A stretch of DNA of 64,000 nucleotides from NCBI GenBank assembly GCA_964488255.1, contig CAZAUR010000001.1:259244-323243 (forward strand). Reading direction: 5' to 3'. The notes under the pieces were generated by a model. That model saw only the letters and a program-made list of their open reading frames with translations. It ran no database searches and had not been told where the DNA came from. Shown piece by piece: positions 27,472 to 38,781 of this stretch. A program made the position numbers and the translations under genes. The stretch comes from an uncultured Spirochaetaceae bacterium. Its GTDB lineage: Bacteria > Myxococcota_A > UBA9160 > UBA4427. The stretch's first letter is position 1. Every line of letters begins with the position of its first letter.

Positions 27472-29964
27472 CTACCCCTTCGCCGCCGCCGCCGCCGCCA
27501 CCGCGCTCGCTTCCGCATTCCGCTGGCGGAGCTTCGGCACCGTCAGCTTCATGCCGGCGGAGAGCGCGTCGAGGTCGATGTCCGGGTTGTACTGCCGGAG
27601 CAGCCAGATCGGGACGTCGTAGCGGCGGGTGGACAGGACCCAGAGCGAGTCGCCCGGGCCGACGCGATGGGTCACCGTGCCTTCGATCTCCCACTCGGCG
27701 AAGAATGCTTCCTGGAGCGAGCGGTGGTGCTCGACGCGGATGCGTTCGAAGGCGTCCGGGGAGATGTCGGAGAAGTCGAGGCGGAGGCGCTGTTGCACGA
27801 CGACCGGCTCGCCGAAGCGCAGGCCGTTGATCTTGCGCAGGCGGCTCGCGCGGAGGCCCAGCCATTCGGCGTAATGGCCGAGGGTCTCGCCGGTCTGGAC
27901 GACGATCGTGCCGTTGCTGGCGACCGTGTAGTCGGTCGGATCGGCGAGGAGGCCCGGGGAGGGCTCGGTCGCGCTCTCGTCGTTCGGCGAGGCTTCCTCG
28001 GCGAGGACGGCGGTCTCGTCGACAGCCGGCTCCTCGGTCGGAATGGCGGCGTAATCGCTCTCGTCCGGAGCGAGCTCGGCGCTTCGAGCGGGAGACAGCG
28101 CCGCGGCCGCATCCGGGTGCGCCTTCGGGGTGTCCGCCTTCGCGATCACCGTGGTCTGGCTCGGCACGCGGAGCTTCTGGCCCGGATGGATCCGGTTTCG
28201 ACTGCGGAGGTCGTTCATGGCGACCAGGTCCGCGAGGTCCGTTCCGAAGCGCTTCGCGATTTCCGTCAGGTTGTCACCCCGTTGCACGGTGTAGATGTCG
28301 GTCTCGGCGGAGGACGCGGGCGCGCCGCGCGACACGCGGATCCGTTGACCGGCGTGGATGCGATGCACGCTGCGCAGCTCGTTCATCGCGACGAGCTCGG
28401 CGACGGTCATGCCGAAGTTCCCGGCGATCTTCGACAGGTTGTCGCCGCGACGGACCGTGTAGTACCCGGTGTCGGGGAGGGCGGCCGGTGCGTTCGCGCT
28501 CTTCTTCGAAGGTGTGAACGACGCGGTGCGCGTCGACGAGGACGAGCGGCCGTCGTCCGGCAGGCGGAGCTTCTGACCGACGCGAATGCGATGGCGACTC
28601 CGCAGACCGTTCAGCGCGACGAGCTCCGACATCCGCACGCCGCGTCGGCGCGCGATCGTGGAGAGCGTGTCGCCCCGGCGGACGGTGTAGGTCGTGTCGC
28701 GGGTCTGCCGCGCGTATCGCTGTTCCTTCGGCAGGCTCGTGATGCCCTGGGAGAGGGGCTTCGGGAGCGCGGCCCGCGGTACACGGAGCGAGAAGCCCTT
28801 CGGAACGCGCTTGGCGCCCTTCCAGACGGTGGGGCGCAGCCCGGGATTCGCCTGCTCGAGGGTCTTGCGATCGATGCCGATCGATCGCGCGAGGTCGTCG
28901 GCCTTGGCGTAGTAGGGCAGGTCGATCGTATCGAAATCGATCGACTGGTCGAGGACGAGCGGTCCGAAGTAGAACTCGGGGTTGCTCGCGATCGCGCTGG
29001 CCGCCAGGAACTCGACGTAGAAGTTGCGACTCGCGAAGCCAAAGGTCCGGGACTTGTACTTGCGGACGATCGTGGTGATGTCCTTGGTGCCGAGCTTGCG
29101 CGCGGCGCGGCGCATGCCCGCGGCGCCGTGGTTGTAGGCGGTGATCGCGAGGGGCCAGGCGCCGGTCACGCGACGGTTCTGTTCGAGGAGTCGCGCGGCG
29201 GCGATCGACGCGTGGTATGGGTCGAGGCGCTCGTCGACGACATGGTCGACGCGCATGAAGCGACGGCCGGTCGATCGGGTGAACTGCCAGAGACCGGCCG
29301 CGCCGACGCGCGAATAGACGTTCGGCGTGTAGGACGACTCGACGTGGGGCAGGTTGGCGATCTCGAGGGGCAGGTTCATGTCCCGCAACGTCGCGAGGAT
29401 GTGCGGCTTGTAGGCGCCCGAGCGGATCACGCCCGCGCGGAACTTGTTCGCCTGTCCGAGTTGGAAGCGCACGCGTGACGCGCTCTTCTTGAGCGTCGAG
29501 TTGGCCACGTCCTTCGGGAAGAGGGCGAGCACGCGCTTCTCTTCTCGCGACAGACCCGAGCGCTTGCCCTTGGCCAGCTTCAGCAGGATCTGCTTGTAGA
29601 TCTTCTTTCGCTTCTCGGTGCGTCGCTCGCGGGCGCGGTACGAGAGGCCGGTCGGGATCGGCGCGACCTCGTACACGACGCCGAGGTCCCGGCTGTCGTG
29701 GATCAGTCCGGCATCGGTCCCGACCTCGCTGTAGATCCGCTTCCAGAAGGCGACGTCCTTCTCGAGCGCAGCGGGTCTCGGGAAATCCTTCGGCGCCGAC
29801 AGAGCCGGGGGCGCGATGAAGATCAGCGCGACCAGCGCGAGGCCGGAGAGGGTGAGGACGGCGGCCGAGACGACGCGGTCGAGGTCGACGGCGAGGATCG
29901 GGCCGTGGTAGGTGGGGCGAAATTCCAGCAATCGCTTCATGGACTCCCTCTCTTCCTCATCCAT
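27472..29964 (-). CDS. Membrane-bound lytic murein transglycosylase (MltD-like SLT domain) with four C-terminal LysM repeats
   Basis: Only the C-terminal 830 aa of the 1463-aa ORF look real. Start at ATG 29964 (or 29940, MKRLLEF...). Signal/TM segment, SLT core (ESSYTPNVYSRVGAAGLWQF...ITAYNHGAAG), and LysM repeats (YTVRRGDTLSTIARR, YTVRRGDNLSKIAGNFG, YTVQRGDNLTEIAKRFG, VQTGETLGHYAEWLG). Confidence 0.85.
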   Translation of the reverse strand: MDEEERESMKRLLEFRPTYHGPILAVDLDRVVSAAVLTLSGLALVALIFIAPPALSAPKDFPRPAALEKDVAFWKRIYSEVGTDAGLIHDSRDLGVVYEVAPIPTGLSYRARERRTEKRKKIYKQILLKLAKGKRSGLSREEKRVLALFPKDVANSTLKKSASRVRFQLGQANKFRAGVIRSGAYKPHILATLRDMNLPLEIANLPHVESSYTPNVYSRVGAAGLWQFTRSTGRRFMRVDHVVDERLDPYHASIAAARLLEQNRRVTGAWPLAITAYNHGAAGMRRAARKLGTKDITTIVRKYKSRTFGFASRNFYVEFLAASAIASNPEFYFGPLVLDQSIDFDTIDLPYYAKADDLARSIGIDRKTLEQANPGLRPTVWKGAKRVPKGFSLRVPRAALPKPLSQGITSLPKEQRYARQTRDTTYTVRRGDTLSTIARRRGVRMSELVALNGLRSRHRIRVGQKLRLPDDGRSSSSTRTASFTPSKKSANAPAALPDTGYYTVRRGDNLSKIAGNFGMTVAELVAMNELRSVHRIHAGQRIRVSRGAPASSAETDIYTVQRGDNLTEIAKRFGTDLADLVAMNDLRSRNRIHPGQKLRVPSQTTVIAKADTPKAHPDAAAALSPARSAELAPDESDYAAIPTEEPAVDETAVLAEEASPNDESATEPSPGLLADPTDYTVASNGTIVVQTGETLGHYAEWLGLRASRLRKINGLRFGEPVVVQQRLRLDFSDISPDAFERIRVEHHRSLQEAFFAEWEIEGTVTHRVGPGDSLWVLSTRRYDVPIWLLRQYNPDIDLDALSAGMKLTVPKLRQRNAEASAVAAAAAAKG

Positions 29965-30224
29965 CGGCAACTCACCGGCAGAATCGGAGCAGAAAGAGTC
30001 GTATCCCCGCTGGGAGTCGTGGGGATCTGCGGACGCAATCGTCCTCAGAAGCCGCCGTCCAGCGTCCTTCGGTTGTGTGCGAGGGGGGTGGGATTCGATT
30101 GTCGACGCGGCGCAGGGGGACCGCCGCGAGGCAGCCGAAGCGGGCCCCTGGATTGGTTCAGGTGCCTCTCCGGCTCGCCCGGTTCCCGCTCCCAGCGAAC
30201 CGCTGCGAGTGGGCGAGGCAGAGA

Positions 30225-31757
30225 CTACTTCTTTCGCTTCTTCCTGCGCGAGGCCCGCTGCTGCTTTCGCTTGTTCTTTTTCGCCTTCGGGTCCTGACGC
30301 TTCTTGGTGGCGCCACGCCCCCCACCGCCGCCACCGCCCATCATGGCCATCGGGTCGAAGCCGCTCATGCCGCCGGGAGGCATCATGCCACCGGGCCCGC
30401 CCATCGCCGGCATTCCGCCGCCGAGGCCGCCGCCGCCGAGCAGGCCACCCTGCTTGCCGAGCATGCCCATCATCTGGCGCATCTGGCCGAAGCGTTCGAC
30501 GAGCCCTTCGATGTCGGCGACCGAGCGGCCACAGCCCTTCGCGATCCGAGCGGCGCGGCTCTTGTCGATGATCTTCGGCTCTGCCTTTTCGGCCTTCGTC
30601 ATCGATTGGATCATCGACTCGACCTTCGAGAGCTCGCCCTCGTCCACCTGGTCGGCGAGGCCGCCGACGCCTGGCATCTTCGAGAAGACTTCCTTGAGCG
30701 GGCCGAGCTTCTGGATCATCCGCATCTGCTTGAGCAGGTCGTCGAGGCCGAACGCGCCTTTGAGGATCCGTTCCGCGTCTTCCTCGGCTTCCTTCTCGTC
30801 GACGACCTCCTCGAAGTCCTTCACCAGGCCGACGATGTCGCCCATGCCCAGGATGCGGCTCGCGAGTCCTTCGGGCCGGAACTCCTCGAGACGGTCGACC
30901 GTCTCGCCGGTGCCGAGGAACTTGATCGGGACGCCGGTGACGGCCTTCACGGCGAGCGCCGCACCGCCGCGGGCATCGCCGTCGAGCTTCGTCAGGATCA
31001 CGCCGTCGAGGGCGATCTTCTCCGCGAAGGCCCCGGCGACGTTCACGGCGTCGCGCCCCATCAGCGCGTCGCACACGAGCAGCTTGTTCGCGGGCGAGAC
31101 GCGGCCGACGATCTCCTCGAGCTCCGCCATCAGGTCGTCGTCGACGGCCAGGCGGCCGGCGGTGTCGTAGATGATCGCGTTGTGGCCCTCGCGCTTCGCG
31201 CGTTCCCAGGCGGCGGCGCAGATCGCGGGCGGGAGGTCGCCTTCGACGCCGTGGTGGACCGGGACGTCGATCTGGGCGCCGAGGGTCTTCAGCTGGTCGA
31301 CCGCCGCGGGCCGGTAGATGTCCGCCGCGACGAGCAGCGGCTTCAGGCCGAGCTTGCGCAGGTGGACCGCGAGCTTCGCCGAGATCGTCGTCTTGCCGAC
31401 GCCCTGGAGCCCTGCGAGCATGATCGAAGTGACGCCGCGGTCCTTCTCGAGGGTCGTGTCGACCGGTCCCATCAGGTCGATCAGCTCTTCCTCGCAGATC
31501 TTCACGAAGTGCTGGCCGGGGGTGACCTTGATCTTCTTGCCGGAGCGATCCTTGACGCGGGTCTTGACCTTCTCGCCGAGGCCGCGCTCCTTCACGCGAT
31601 CGAGGAACGAGCGCGTCACCTTCAGGTCGACGTCGGCCTCGAGCAGCGACATGCGCACGTCGCGCAGCGCTTCGTCGATACTCTCTTCGTTGAGCTCGCG
31701 AACGCCCTTCAGTCGATCCGTGGCGTTCTTGAAGCCCTGTGTGACGGTCTCGAGCAC
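30225..31757 (-). CDS. ffh: Signal recognition particle protein Ffh
   Basis: 510-aa ORF with GLQGVGKTTISAKLA and DTAGR, a Met/Gly-rich M domain, and a basic tail. Confidence 0.95.
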   Translation of the reverse strand: MLETVTQGFKNATDRLKGVRELNEESIDEALRDVRMSLLEADVDLKVTRSFLDRVKERGLGEKVKTRVKDRSGKKIKVTPGQHFVKICEEELIDLMGPVDTTLEKDRGVTSIMLAGLQGVGKTTISAKLAVHLRKLGLKPLLVAADIYRPAAVDQLKTLGAQIDVPVHHGVEGDLPPAICAAAWERAKREGHNAIIYDTAGRLAVDDDLMAELEEIVGRVSPANKLLVCDALMGRDAVNVAGAFAEKIALDGVILTKLDGDARGGAALAVKAVTGVPIKFLGTGETVDRLEEFRPEGLASRILGMGDIVGLVKDFEEVVDEKEAEEDAERILKGAFGLDDLLKQMRMIQKLGPLKEVFSKMPGVGGLADQVDEGELSKVESMIQSMTKAEKAEPKIIDKSRAARIAKGCGRSVADIEGLVERFGQMRQMMGMLGKQGGLLGGGGLGGGMPAMGGPGGMMPPGGMSGFDPMAMMGGGGGGGRGATKKRQDPKAKKNKRKQQRASRRKKRKK

Positions 31758-31916
31758 GGGGTCCTCCGACGGGCGCCGAGGTTAGCAGCAGCGCGCGGGA
31801 GGGGGGCGATCCGGGGCCGATCGGGTCGGATATCCGCTTGCCCCGCTCGCGCGGGGTCGGCATGCTTGGTCCCCCGCGACGGCTTCTGACCGTCGCCCAT
31901 CGAGGAGAAGAGCGGC

Positions 31917-32135
31917 GTGAGCATCGAGGTCGAAGCCCAGATCACCGGCAACGTGTGGAAGATCGAGACCGCGGTGGGCGCCGAGGTCGAGGAGGACGAC
32001 GTGCTCCTCATCATCGAATCGATGAAGATGGAGATCCCGGTCGAGGCACCGGAAGACGGCAAGGTCCTCGAGATCAAGGTCGCCGAGGGGCAGGCCATCG
32101 AGGAAGGGGACGTCCTGGTCGTCCTCGAAGCCTAG
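31917..32135 (+). CDS. Stand-alone biotinyl/lipoyl carrier domain protein
   Basis: 72-aa ORF with GTG start. VLLIIESMKMEIPVEAPEDGKVLEIKV contains the (E)SMKM biotinylation motif. Confidence 0.75.
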   Translation: MSIEVEAQITGNVWKIETAVGAEVEEDDVLLIIESMKMEIPVEAPEDGKVLEIKVAEGQAIEEGDVLVVLEA

Positions 32136-32154
32136 GCCGGCCCGAACTCGCGCG

Positions 32155-33003
32155 ATGGACGGTGGACTACGCGCGCGAAGGCTCGCTCCGGAAGATCGCG
32201 AGACGACCCTCGCGTTCCTCGCCGCGACCGCAGACGAGAACCTCGTCCTGATCGATCTCGTCGACCGGCTCGGGCGTTCCCTCGGTCCGGGGGAGGTCCC
32301 GCCGCAGATCTACGGAGCGTGGGACGATGCGACGCTCGTCGCAGCGATCGCGCTCCGGCCGAGCGTCGTCGTGTCCGCCGGCGCTTCGGAGGCCGCGCTC
32401 GACGCGTTCCTGCCCCTGGTGTTGCGCGTGCCGAGCGGCCTCGTGAAATGCGACCAGCGACTGGTCGGTCCGATGTGGAAGGCGCTCGAGGAGGCCGGGC
32501 GCGTGTCGGTCATCGACCGGATCGAGGTCGGGTATCGCTTGCGGCCTGATGCGATGATCGCCGCCGACCCGACGCTCCCCGGCGTGGCGCGCCCCGCTCG
32601 GGAAGAGGACCTGGACGAGCTCGTCTTCGCGGCGCGCGCGAGCCTGTGGGAAGAGGACCGACCGGATCCCGCCGAGGGCGACCCGGTCGGGTTCGAGCGC
32701 TGGGTGCGAGGGCGGCTGCCGCGGGCGCGCATCGTCTCCGAGCGCGGCCGCACCGTCTTCGTCGCGTACGCGGACGTGCGGCGCGACGAAGGCTGGCTCG
32801 TCCAGGGCGTCTACACCTGGCCCGAATATCGCCGGCAGGGATTCGCCCAGCGCGGCATGGATTCGGTCGTCCGCGAAGCCTTCGCGTGCGGCGCGGCGCA
32901 CGTGCAGCTCGCCGTCGTCGCCGGGAACGAACGCGCCGCGAAGCTCTACGAGCATCTTGGCTTCGAGGCCTTCGCGGAGCTGCGGACGGTGCTCTTCCAC
33001 TAG
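32155..33003 (+). CDS. GNAT-family N-acetyltransferase
   Basis: 282-aa ORF. The C-terminal half, VYTWPEYRRQGFAQRGMDSVVREAF...AVVAGNERAAKLYEHLGFE, carries the acetyl-CoA-binding motif. Confidence 0.75.
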   Translation: MDGGLRARRLAPEDRETTLAFLAATADENLVLIDLVDRLGRSLGPGEVPPQIYGAWDDATLVAAIALRPSVVVSAGASEAALDAFLPLVLRVPSGLVKCDQRLVGPMWKALEEAGRVSVIDRIEVGYRLRPDAMIAADPTLPGVARPAREEDLDELVFAARASLWEEDRPDPAEGDPVGFERWVRGRLPRARIVSERGRTVFVAYADVRRDEGWLVQGVYTWPEYRRQGFAQRGMDSVVREAFACGAAHVQLAVVAGNERAAKLYEHLGFEAFAELRTVLFH

Positions 33004-33019
33004 GCCTTCGCGGAGCTTG

Positions 33020-34438
33020 CTAGGCGAGGTCCCCGAGCTCCGTCGCGCGCAGGCGATCGATCGTCGCGTCCCTGAGCAGTCGCCCGGTCTCGACTACCTC
33101 GACCGCGGCGAAGCCGTAGCTCTCGTGCCACGTGGCGACGCCGGCCGGCATCGCCGTGCGAATCGTTCTGGCGCCTCCCTGCGCCGTCCCGATGTCGGGC
33201 CAGGTGCGCTGCCAGTCCTCGAGCGCGCGCGGGGCGATGTCGTCCAAGGCGATCTCGACGACCGCGATCCGGTCCTCCCAGCTCTCCGCGGTCCAGACGT
33301 CCCCGGTCCGGATCGGGCCCGCGCGGAAGAAGCCAGCGACAGCTTCGCTCGGGTAGTAGGCGACGTCGGCGCCGGTCTCTCCGAGCATCACCGCCTCGAA
33401 GAGCCTGCGCATGGCGATCGTGTCGAGCGGCGCCTCCGCGACGCCGACGACCTCGCCGGTGGAGAGGGGCCAATCGCCGTCGCGGGCCACGTTGAAGAAC
33501 GCGTGGAGATGGGGAACGGCGCGGAAGTGGAAGGCGGCCGACGGGGATTCGAGCCGGTAGATCTGGCTCGGTTTGCCGTCGAAGCGCATGCCTTCCTGAT
33601 GGTCGACGTCGTAGTCGGCGAGGTGGAAGGCTTCGATACCGCCGTTGCGGTCGATGCATTTCCAGGCGTACGCGGCATCTTCCTCGGCGTAGTTGCCGAG
33701 GATGCGGCCGATCACGTCGCGCGCGGCGGCGCGCTGGGCCGTCGTGAGCTCCGCGACCGGGACGCCGTCGAATCGCCCGTCTCTGCCCTTGGCGGCGACC
33801 GCGGTCTGGACGGGCGCCTTCGGGCAGCGGGCTTGCTTCTGCGCGGCGGGCGAGAGGCTCGCGATCAACGCCTGTCCCGCGTGGAGCTGATCGAGGTACG
33901 CGTTGCCGGGCACGCCCGGCTCGCCGTTGCCCGTCTGGTCGCCGTAGACCTGGGGACCGCCGAAGGGATCGCCCTCGCGGTTCTTCCCGCCCATCCGCAG
34001 GAAGAGGTGCGCGTCGGAGAAGAGGACCTGGTACGGCCCGTCCCCGGGGTCGCCGGCGAAGAGCAGCGCGCCGTAGTTCAGCCCGGCGAGGCCGACGAAG
34101 AACTGATCGAAGAGATGCGTGCGTCCGGAAGGCGAGAGCGATGCGTGGATCAGATCGATCAGCAGCGACTGCTCGACGCGCCGGAGAAAGGCGGTGTGCG
34201 CGCCTCCGCTCGCGACGCCGCGATTGTGGTACTGCCGGCGCGGGTGGTCGTAATCGACGAAGGCGTCGTCCACGCCACGGGCGCGCAGGCGCGCGGCGAG
34301 GGCGCGGGCGAGCTCGTCCGCAGGAGCGAGCACCGCGCTCGGCTCGGGCGGAAGCAGGCCGCGGCTCACCACGCCGAAGAGGCCAGCGCCGGCGATCGCG
34401 GCGCCGCCGGCGAGGAGCTGTCGACGAGACGGAGACAT
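33020..34438 (-). CDS. Tat-signal secreted protein, DUF3500-like
   Basis: Internal ATG at 34438 gives MSPSRRQLLAGGAAIAGAGLFG (twin-arginine signal). The family call rests only on overall resemblance (QIYRLESPSAAFHFRAVPHLHAFF). Confidence 0.45.
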   Translation of the reverse strand: MSPSRRQLLAGGAAIAGAGLFGVVSRGLLPPEPSAVLAPADELARALAARLRARGVDDAFVDYDHPRRQYHNRGVASGGAHTAFLRRVEQSLLIDLIHASLSPSGRTHLFDQFFVGLAGLNYGALLFAGDPGDGPYQVLFSDAHLFLRMGGKNREGDPFGGPQVYGDQTGNGEPGVPGNAYLDQLHAGQALIASLSPAAQKQARCPKAPVQTAVAAKGRDGRFDGVPVAELTTAQRAAARDVIGRILGNYAEEDAAYAWKCIDRNGGIEAFHLADYDVDHQEGMRFDGKPSQIYRLESPSAAFHFRAVPHLHAFFNVARDGDWPLSTGEVVGVAEAPLDTIAMRRLFEAVMLGETGADVAYYPSEAVAGFFRAGPIRTGDVWTAESWEDRIAVVEIALDDIAPRALEDWQRTWPDIGTAQGGARTIRTAMPAGVATWHESYGFAAVEVVETGRLLRDATIDRLRATELGDLA

Positions 34439-34563
34439 CGAATCTTCCTTACGGGCGCGGACCCACGGTAGCGCGACCCTTCGTCGGATGCGTTGAATCG
34501 CGGCCCGTCGGCGGGCTACCGTGCGCCCCCTCGAATTCACACGAGGAAAGAGGAGGACTCCCG

Positions 34564-35427
34564 ATGGGCCTGTTGGACGGAAAGGTCGCGATCGTGACCG
34601 GCGCGGGTGGCGGATTGGGTCGCGAGCACGCGCTCGCGCTGGCGGCGGAAGGCGCCGCGGTGGTAGTGAACGATCTCGGCGGTGCGCGAGACGGCTCGGG
34701 CTCCGGCTCCGCGATGGCGGACCAGGTCGTCGCGGACATCAAGGCCGCGCGCGGCGAGGCGGCGCCGAACTACGACAACGTGGCGACCGTCGAGGGCGGC
34801 GAGTCGATCCTGAAGTCGGCGATCGACGCGTTCGGACGGGTCGACATCCTGATCAACAACGCGGGCATTCTCCGGGACAAGAGCCTCGCGAAGACCACCG
34901 AGGATCTCTGGGATCCGGTGATCGCGGTCCACCTGAAGGGCACCTATTGCGTGACCCGTCCGGTCTTCAATCACATGAAGGAGCAGGGCGAGGGCGGCAC
35001 GATCATCAATACGAGCTCGACCTCCGGCCTGAACGGCAACTTCGGTCAGTGCAACTACGGTGCGGCGAAGGCAGGGATCGCGGGCTTCACGCGCTGCCTC
35101 GCGCTCGAGGGCAAGAAGGCCGGCATCCGTTGTCACATCCTGGCGCCGGTCGCGCACACGCGCCTGACCGAGGATCTGCCCGGCTTCGACAACGACGCCG
35201 CCGCGAACCAGTACGACCCGAAGCTCGTCTCGCCGCTGATGGTCTACCTCGCGTCCGACGACGCGAAGGACCTGACCGGCAAGACCTTCCTCGCCGGAGG
35301 CGGCCGGATCGCGGAGATGCGTGTCGTGACCGCCGATGGCATCACGAAGGACGCGGACGGCGGACTCTGGAACGCCAAGGAGATCGGCGCGAAGATGGCC
35401 GCCGGTGAGATCCTCCTGCCGGAGTGA
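34564..35427 (+). CDS. SDR-family oxidoreductase (3-hydroxyacyl-CoA dehydrogenase / MFE-2-like)
   Basis: ATG at 34564 gives MGLLDGKVAIVTGAGGGLGREHAL. Also NNAGI and the catalytic YGAAK. Confidence 0.85.
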   Translation: MGLLDGKVAIVTGAGGGLGREHALALAAEGAAVVVNDLGGARDGSGSGSAMADQVVADIKAARGEAAPNYDNVATVEGGESILKSAIDAFGRVDILINNAGILRDKSLAKTTEDLWDPVIAVHLKGTYCVTRPVFNHMKEQGEGGTIINTSSTSGLNGNFGQCNYGAAKAGIAGFTRCLALEGKKAGIRCHILAPVAHTRLTEDLPGFDNDAAANQYDPKLVSPLMVYLASDDAKDLTGKTFLAGGGRIAEMRVVTADGITKDADGGLWNAKEIGAKMAAGEILLPE

Positions 35428-35549
35428 TCTGATCCCGTCCTTTCGGACACGAAACGCCCGGAGCGAACCCGATTCGCTCCGGGCATTTTCGTCGGGCCAC
35501 GCGCGCCCGAATTTGGCGGCCCGAGGGGGCGCCGGTACCCTGCCGCACG

Positions 35550-38300
35550 ATGTCGGACCATCCAGAGACGAGCGGGCGAACGCCCGACGGTGACGTCGTA
35601 GACGTTGCAGAAGACGTGGACGTCGCAGAGGTCGCGGACGCTACGAAGGACCGTGAGCCCGCGCAGCTTCCGGCGGGCATCACGAAGCATGCTGCACGCT
35701 CGTCGATGACGGCGCGCTTCAACCTGTTCTTCCGTACGTTCGCGAACCGCTTCTTCAAGCACTTCGAGCTCGAAGAGTCGGTGGTCGAGCGCCTCAAGGC
35801 CCTCGAGTCCCGGGGCAGCGTCGTCTACGTGATGCGCTACTCGAGCCGGCTCGACTACTTCCTGTTCAACACGCTCTTCCTGCGACACGGCCTGCGGCTC
35901 TCGGGCTTCGCCAACGCGATCCACTTCTACTACTACCGACCGCTCCACCAGCTGCTGCCGATCATGCTCCGTCTGAAGCGCGCGCGGCCGCGGGAGGTCG
36001 AGCACGCCGAGGACTGCGAGATCGTCCGCGAGCACGTCGCCGCGGGGCACAGCCTCTTCCTCTTCTTGCGCACCCAGCGTCTGAAGACCTTCTTGCGCGG
36101 TCGAAAGCACGAGCGTCGGCGCGACGAGCTCGAGCTGCTCGGCGAGGTCGTGCGGCAGGTCCGCGAGGTCGACGCGGAGCGCGAGGTCTTCGTCGTCCCG
36201 CTGGCGCTCTTCTGGCGGAAGGGGCCGCGGACCGAGAACCGCTTCCTGAACGTCGACTACGGCGCGCTGACCCGACCCTCGGACTTCGCGAAGGTCGCGC
36301 GCTTCCTCTCCACGTATCGCAGCCTCACGATCAAGGTCGGGGACGAGATCCCCGTTCGGCTCTACGGTCTGGCGAACGCGGACGACGACTCGAATCGGCT
36401 CGCGCGCAAGATCCGGCGCGCGGTGCTGATCCATCTCTATCGCGAGGAGAAGGTCGTCGAGGGGCCGTCGCTGCGGCCGCGTTGGCGCGTGCTGAAGGAA
36501 GTGCTCGGGGACGCAGGCGTGCGCGCGGCGATGGCCGTGCGGGCGAGCGCCGACGGCGGCTCCGCGGAGAAGGCGGAGCGCGAGGTCGAGAAGATCTTCA
36601 AGGAGATCTCCGCGAACATGAACTCGACGTGGCTCGCCATCGGCGCCGCCACCGTTGGCGGCATCTTCAAGCGCCTCTTCGCATCGATCGAGGTCCACCG
36701 CCTGAAGGACATCGCCGAGGACGCGAAGCGGCACCCGATCGTGCTCGTCCCGAGCCACCGCTCGTACTTCGACTTTCTGATCCTGTCCTGGCTCTTCTAC
36801 CAGAACTACCTCGTGCCGCCCCACATCGCGGCCCGCGAGAACATGGCCTTCGGCCCCTTCGGATACCTGTTCCGGAACATGGGCGCGTTCTTCCTGCGCA
36901 AATCCTTCGACGATCCCCTCTACAAGGAGGTCTTCCGGGCCTACGTCGGATATCTCGTGCGCGAGGGCTTCACCCAGGAGTTCTTCATCGAGGGCGGTCG
37001 CTCCCGCACCGGCAAGACCCTCGCCCCGCGTCTGGGCATGCTCTCGTGGGACGTCGACGCGTTCCTCGAAACCAGCCGAAAAGACCTCTTTTTCGTCCCG
37101 ATCGCGGTCAGCTACGAGCGGCTGGTCGAGGAGTCGGGGATGGTCGACGAGCTCGACGGCGGCAAGAAGACCGAGGAGAGCGTGCTCGGACTCCTGCGCG
37201 CGCGGAAGTATCTCCAGCGGCGCTTCGGTTCGGTGCACGTCTCCTTCGGCGAGCCGATCTCCCTCGCCGGAGCGCTCGGCGGACAGCGCGAGCGCTTCGA
37301 GGCGCTGCAGCGCGGTCAGGTCTCGTCGCCCGAGGTTCGCGAGGTGCTCGAGGAGCACAAGCGCGAGTTCGTGAACCAGCTCGGACATTCCCTCGTCGAG
37401 CGGATCGGCTGGGCCATGGTGGCGAACGCGACCTCGGTCGCGGCGGTCGTCCTGATGGGCAGCCCGTATCGTGGCGTGCTGCGCGAGGACCTCGTGAGCG
37501 GGATGCAGGACGTGGCGGGGCTGCTCCGGCTACAGGGTGTCCGGCTCACGCCGGCCCTGGAACACGACCTGCCCGATCTGCGCGAGTCGATCACGTTCCT
37601 CGAACGTGCCGACCTGATCTCCTCCCGGCTCGACCACCGCGGCGAGATCCTGCACTTCGAGGAGAGCCACCGCCGCGCGCTCGACATCTATCGCAACTCG
37701 ATCGCGCACTTCCTCGTGATCCCGAGCGTGCTCGCGCGCGGGGCACTCGCGGGCCTCGAGCGCGGTCGGGTGCACCAGGAGCTCGAGACCTGGGTCGAGC
37801 TTCTCTATCGCGAGTACTACGCGTCGCGTGAGCTCTACCTGACCCGCGGCGAAGCCGTGCTCGAGCACTTCGAGAGCGAGGGCTGGGTCGAGCGCGAGGA
37901 CGGCGAGGTCTGGCGCGCGACGGCCGCGGGTCGACGTCCGCTCTCGATGCTCGCGGAGCAGACGCGGGGCGTCGTCGAGTGTTACGACTCGATCGTCCGG
38001 GTCCTGGTGGGATGGATGGACTCCGCGGACGAAGGCGTGCTCCGAAGCGGGCTCATCAAGGAGGCGCAGCTCGACTTCGAGGGCGCGCAGCTGCTCGGCG
38101 CCGCACGGCGGACGGAGGCCCTCAGCGACACGACCTTCGACAACACCCTCGCGTTCCTCACGAATCGCGACATCCTCGAGAGCGAGTCGATCGCGACCGG
38201 CAAACGCGGCGCCCGGGACACCCGCTTTGCCCGTGGGGAGAAGTGGCCCGAGATCGAGGGGATCGCCGCGGTTCTGGCGTCCGCTCTCCGGGACGGGTAG
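35550..38300 (+). CDS. plsB: Glycerol-3-phosphate acyltransferase PlsB-like
   Basis: 916-aa ORF with the HxxxxD motif [12 protein letters not shown] and [12 protein letters not shown]. Confidence 0.8.
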   Translation: MSDHPETSGRTPDGDVVDVAEDVDVAEVADATKDREPAQLPAGITKHAARSSMTARFNLFFRTFANRFFKHFELEESVVERLKALESRGSVVYVMRYSSRLDYFLFNTLFLRHGLRLSGFANAIHFYYYRPLHQLLPIMLRLKRARPREVEHAEDCEIVREHVAAGHSLFLFLRTQRLKTFLRGRKHERRRDELELLGEVVRQVREVDAEREVFVVPLALFWRKGPRTENRFLNVDYGALTRPSDFAKVARFLSTYRSLTIKVGDEIPVRLYGLANADDDSNRLARKIRRAVLIHLYREEKVVEGPSLRPRWRVLKEVLGDAGVRAAMAVRASADGGSAEKAEREVEKIFKEISANMNSTWLAIGAATVGGIFKRLFASIEVHRLKDIAEDAKRHPIVLVPSHRSYFDFLILSWLFYQNYLVPPHIAARENMAFGPFGYLFRNMGAFFLRKSFDDPLYKEVFRAYVGYLVREGFTQEFFIEGGRSRTGKTLAPRLGMLSWDVDAFLETSRKDLFFVPIAVSYERLVEESGMVDELDGGKKTEESVLGLLRARKYLQRRFGSVHVSFGEPISLAGALGGQRERFEALQRGQVSSPEVREVLEEHKREFVNQLGHSLVERIGWAMVANATSVAAVVLMGSPYRGVLREDLVSGMQDVAGLLRLQGVRLTPALEHDLPDLRESITFLERADLISSRLDHRGEILHFEESHRRALDIYRNSIAHFLVIPSVLARGALAGLERGRVHQELETWVELLYREYYASRELYLTRGEAVLEHFESEGWVEREDGEVWRATAAGRRPLSMLAEQTRGVVECYDSIVRVLVGWMDSADEGVLRSGLIKEAQLDFEGAQLLGAARRTEALSDTTFDNTLAFLTNRDILESESIATGKRGARDTRFARGEKWPEIEGIAAVLASALRDG

Positions 38301-38379
38301 CCTCGGCGCCCTTTCAGGCGGCCCGCTCGGGACCCGCCATTTCCCAGCGCCCGCGCGCAGTTGCGCCTCCGAGGACCCC

Positions 38380-38781
38380 ATGGCCGCCGAGCAGATCGAC
38401 CCTGCCTCCATCATCGACTTCGAGAAGGGCGGCGGACTCGTCGCCGCGATCGCGCAGGACGACGCCACCGGCGAGGTCCTGATGGTCGCGTACATGAACG
38501 AGGAATCGCTGCGGCGGACCCTCGAGCTCGGCGAGGTCGTGTACTGGAGCCGCAGCCGCAAGAAGTACTGGCACAAGGGCGAGGAGAGCGGGAACGTGCA
38601 GAAGCTGAAGGGCCTGTACGTGGACTGCGATGGGGACGCGCTCGTCGTGCGAGTCGAACAGGTCGGCGGCGCCGCCTGCCACACCGGCAAGCGCAACTGT
38701 TTCTTCCGTCGGATCGACGGCGGGCAGATCGAGGACGTGGGCGTGCAGGTCTTCGATCCGGACGAGGTCTACAAGAAGTGA
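38380..38781 (+). CDS. hisI: Phosphoribosyl-AMP cyclohydrolase
   Basis: ATG at 38380. Product contains [25 protein letters not shown]...[18 protein letters not shown]...[22 protein letters not shown]. Confidence 0.9.
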   Translation: MAAEQIDPASIIDFEKGGGLVAAIAQDDATGEVLMVAYMNEESLRRTLELGEVVYWSRSRKKYWHKGEESGNVQKLKGLYVDCDGDALVVRVEQVGGAACHTGKRNCFFRRIDGGQIEDVGVQVFDPDEVYKK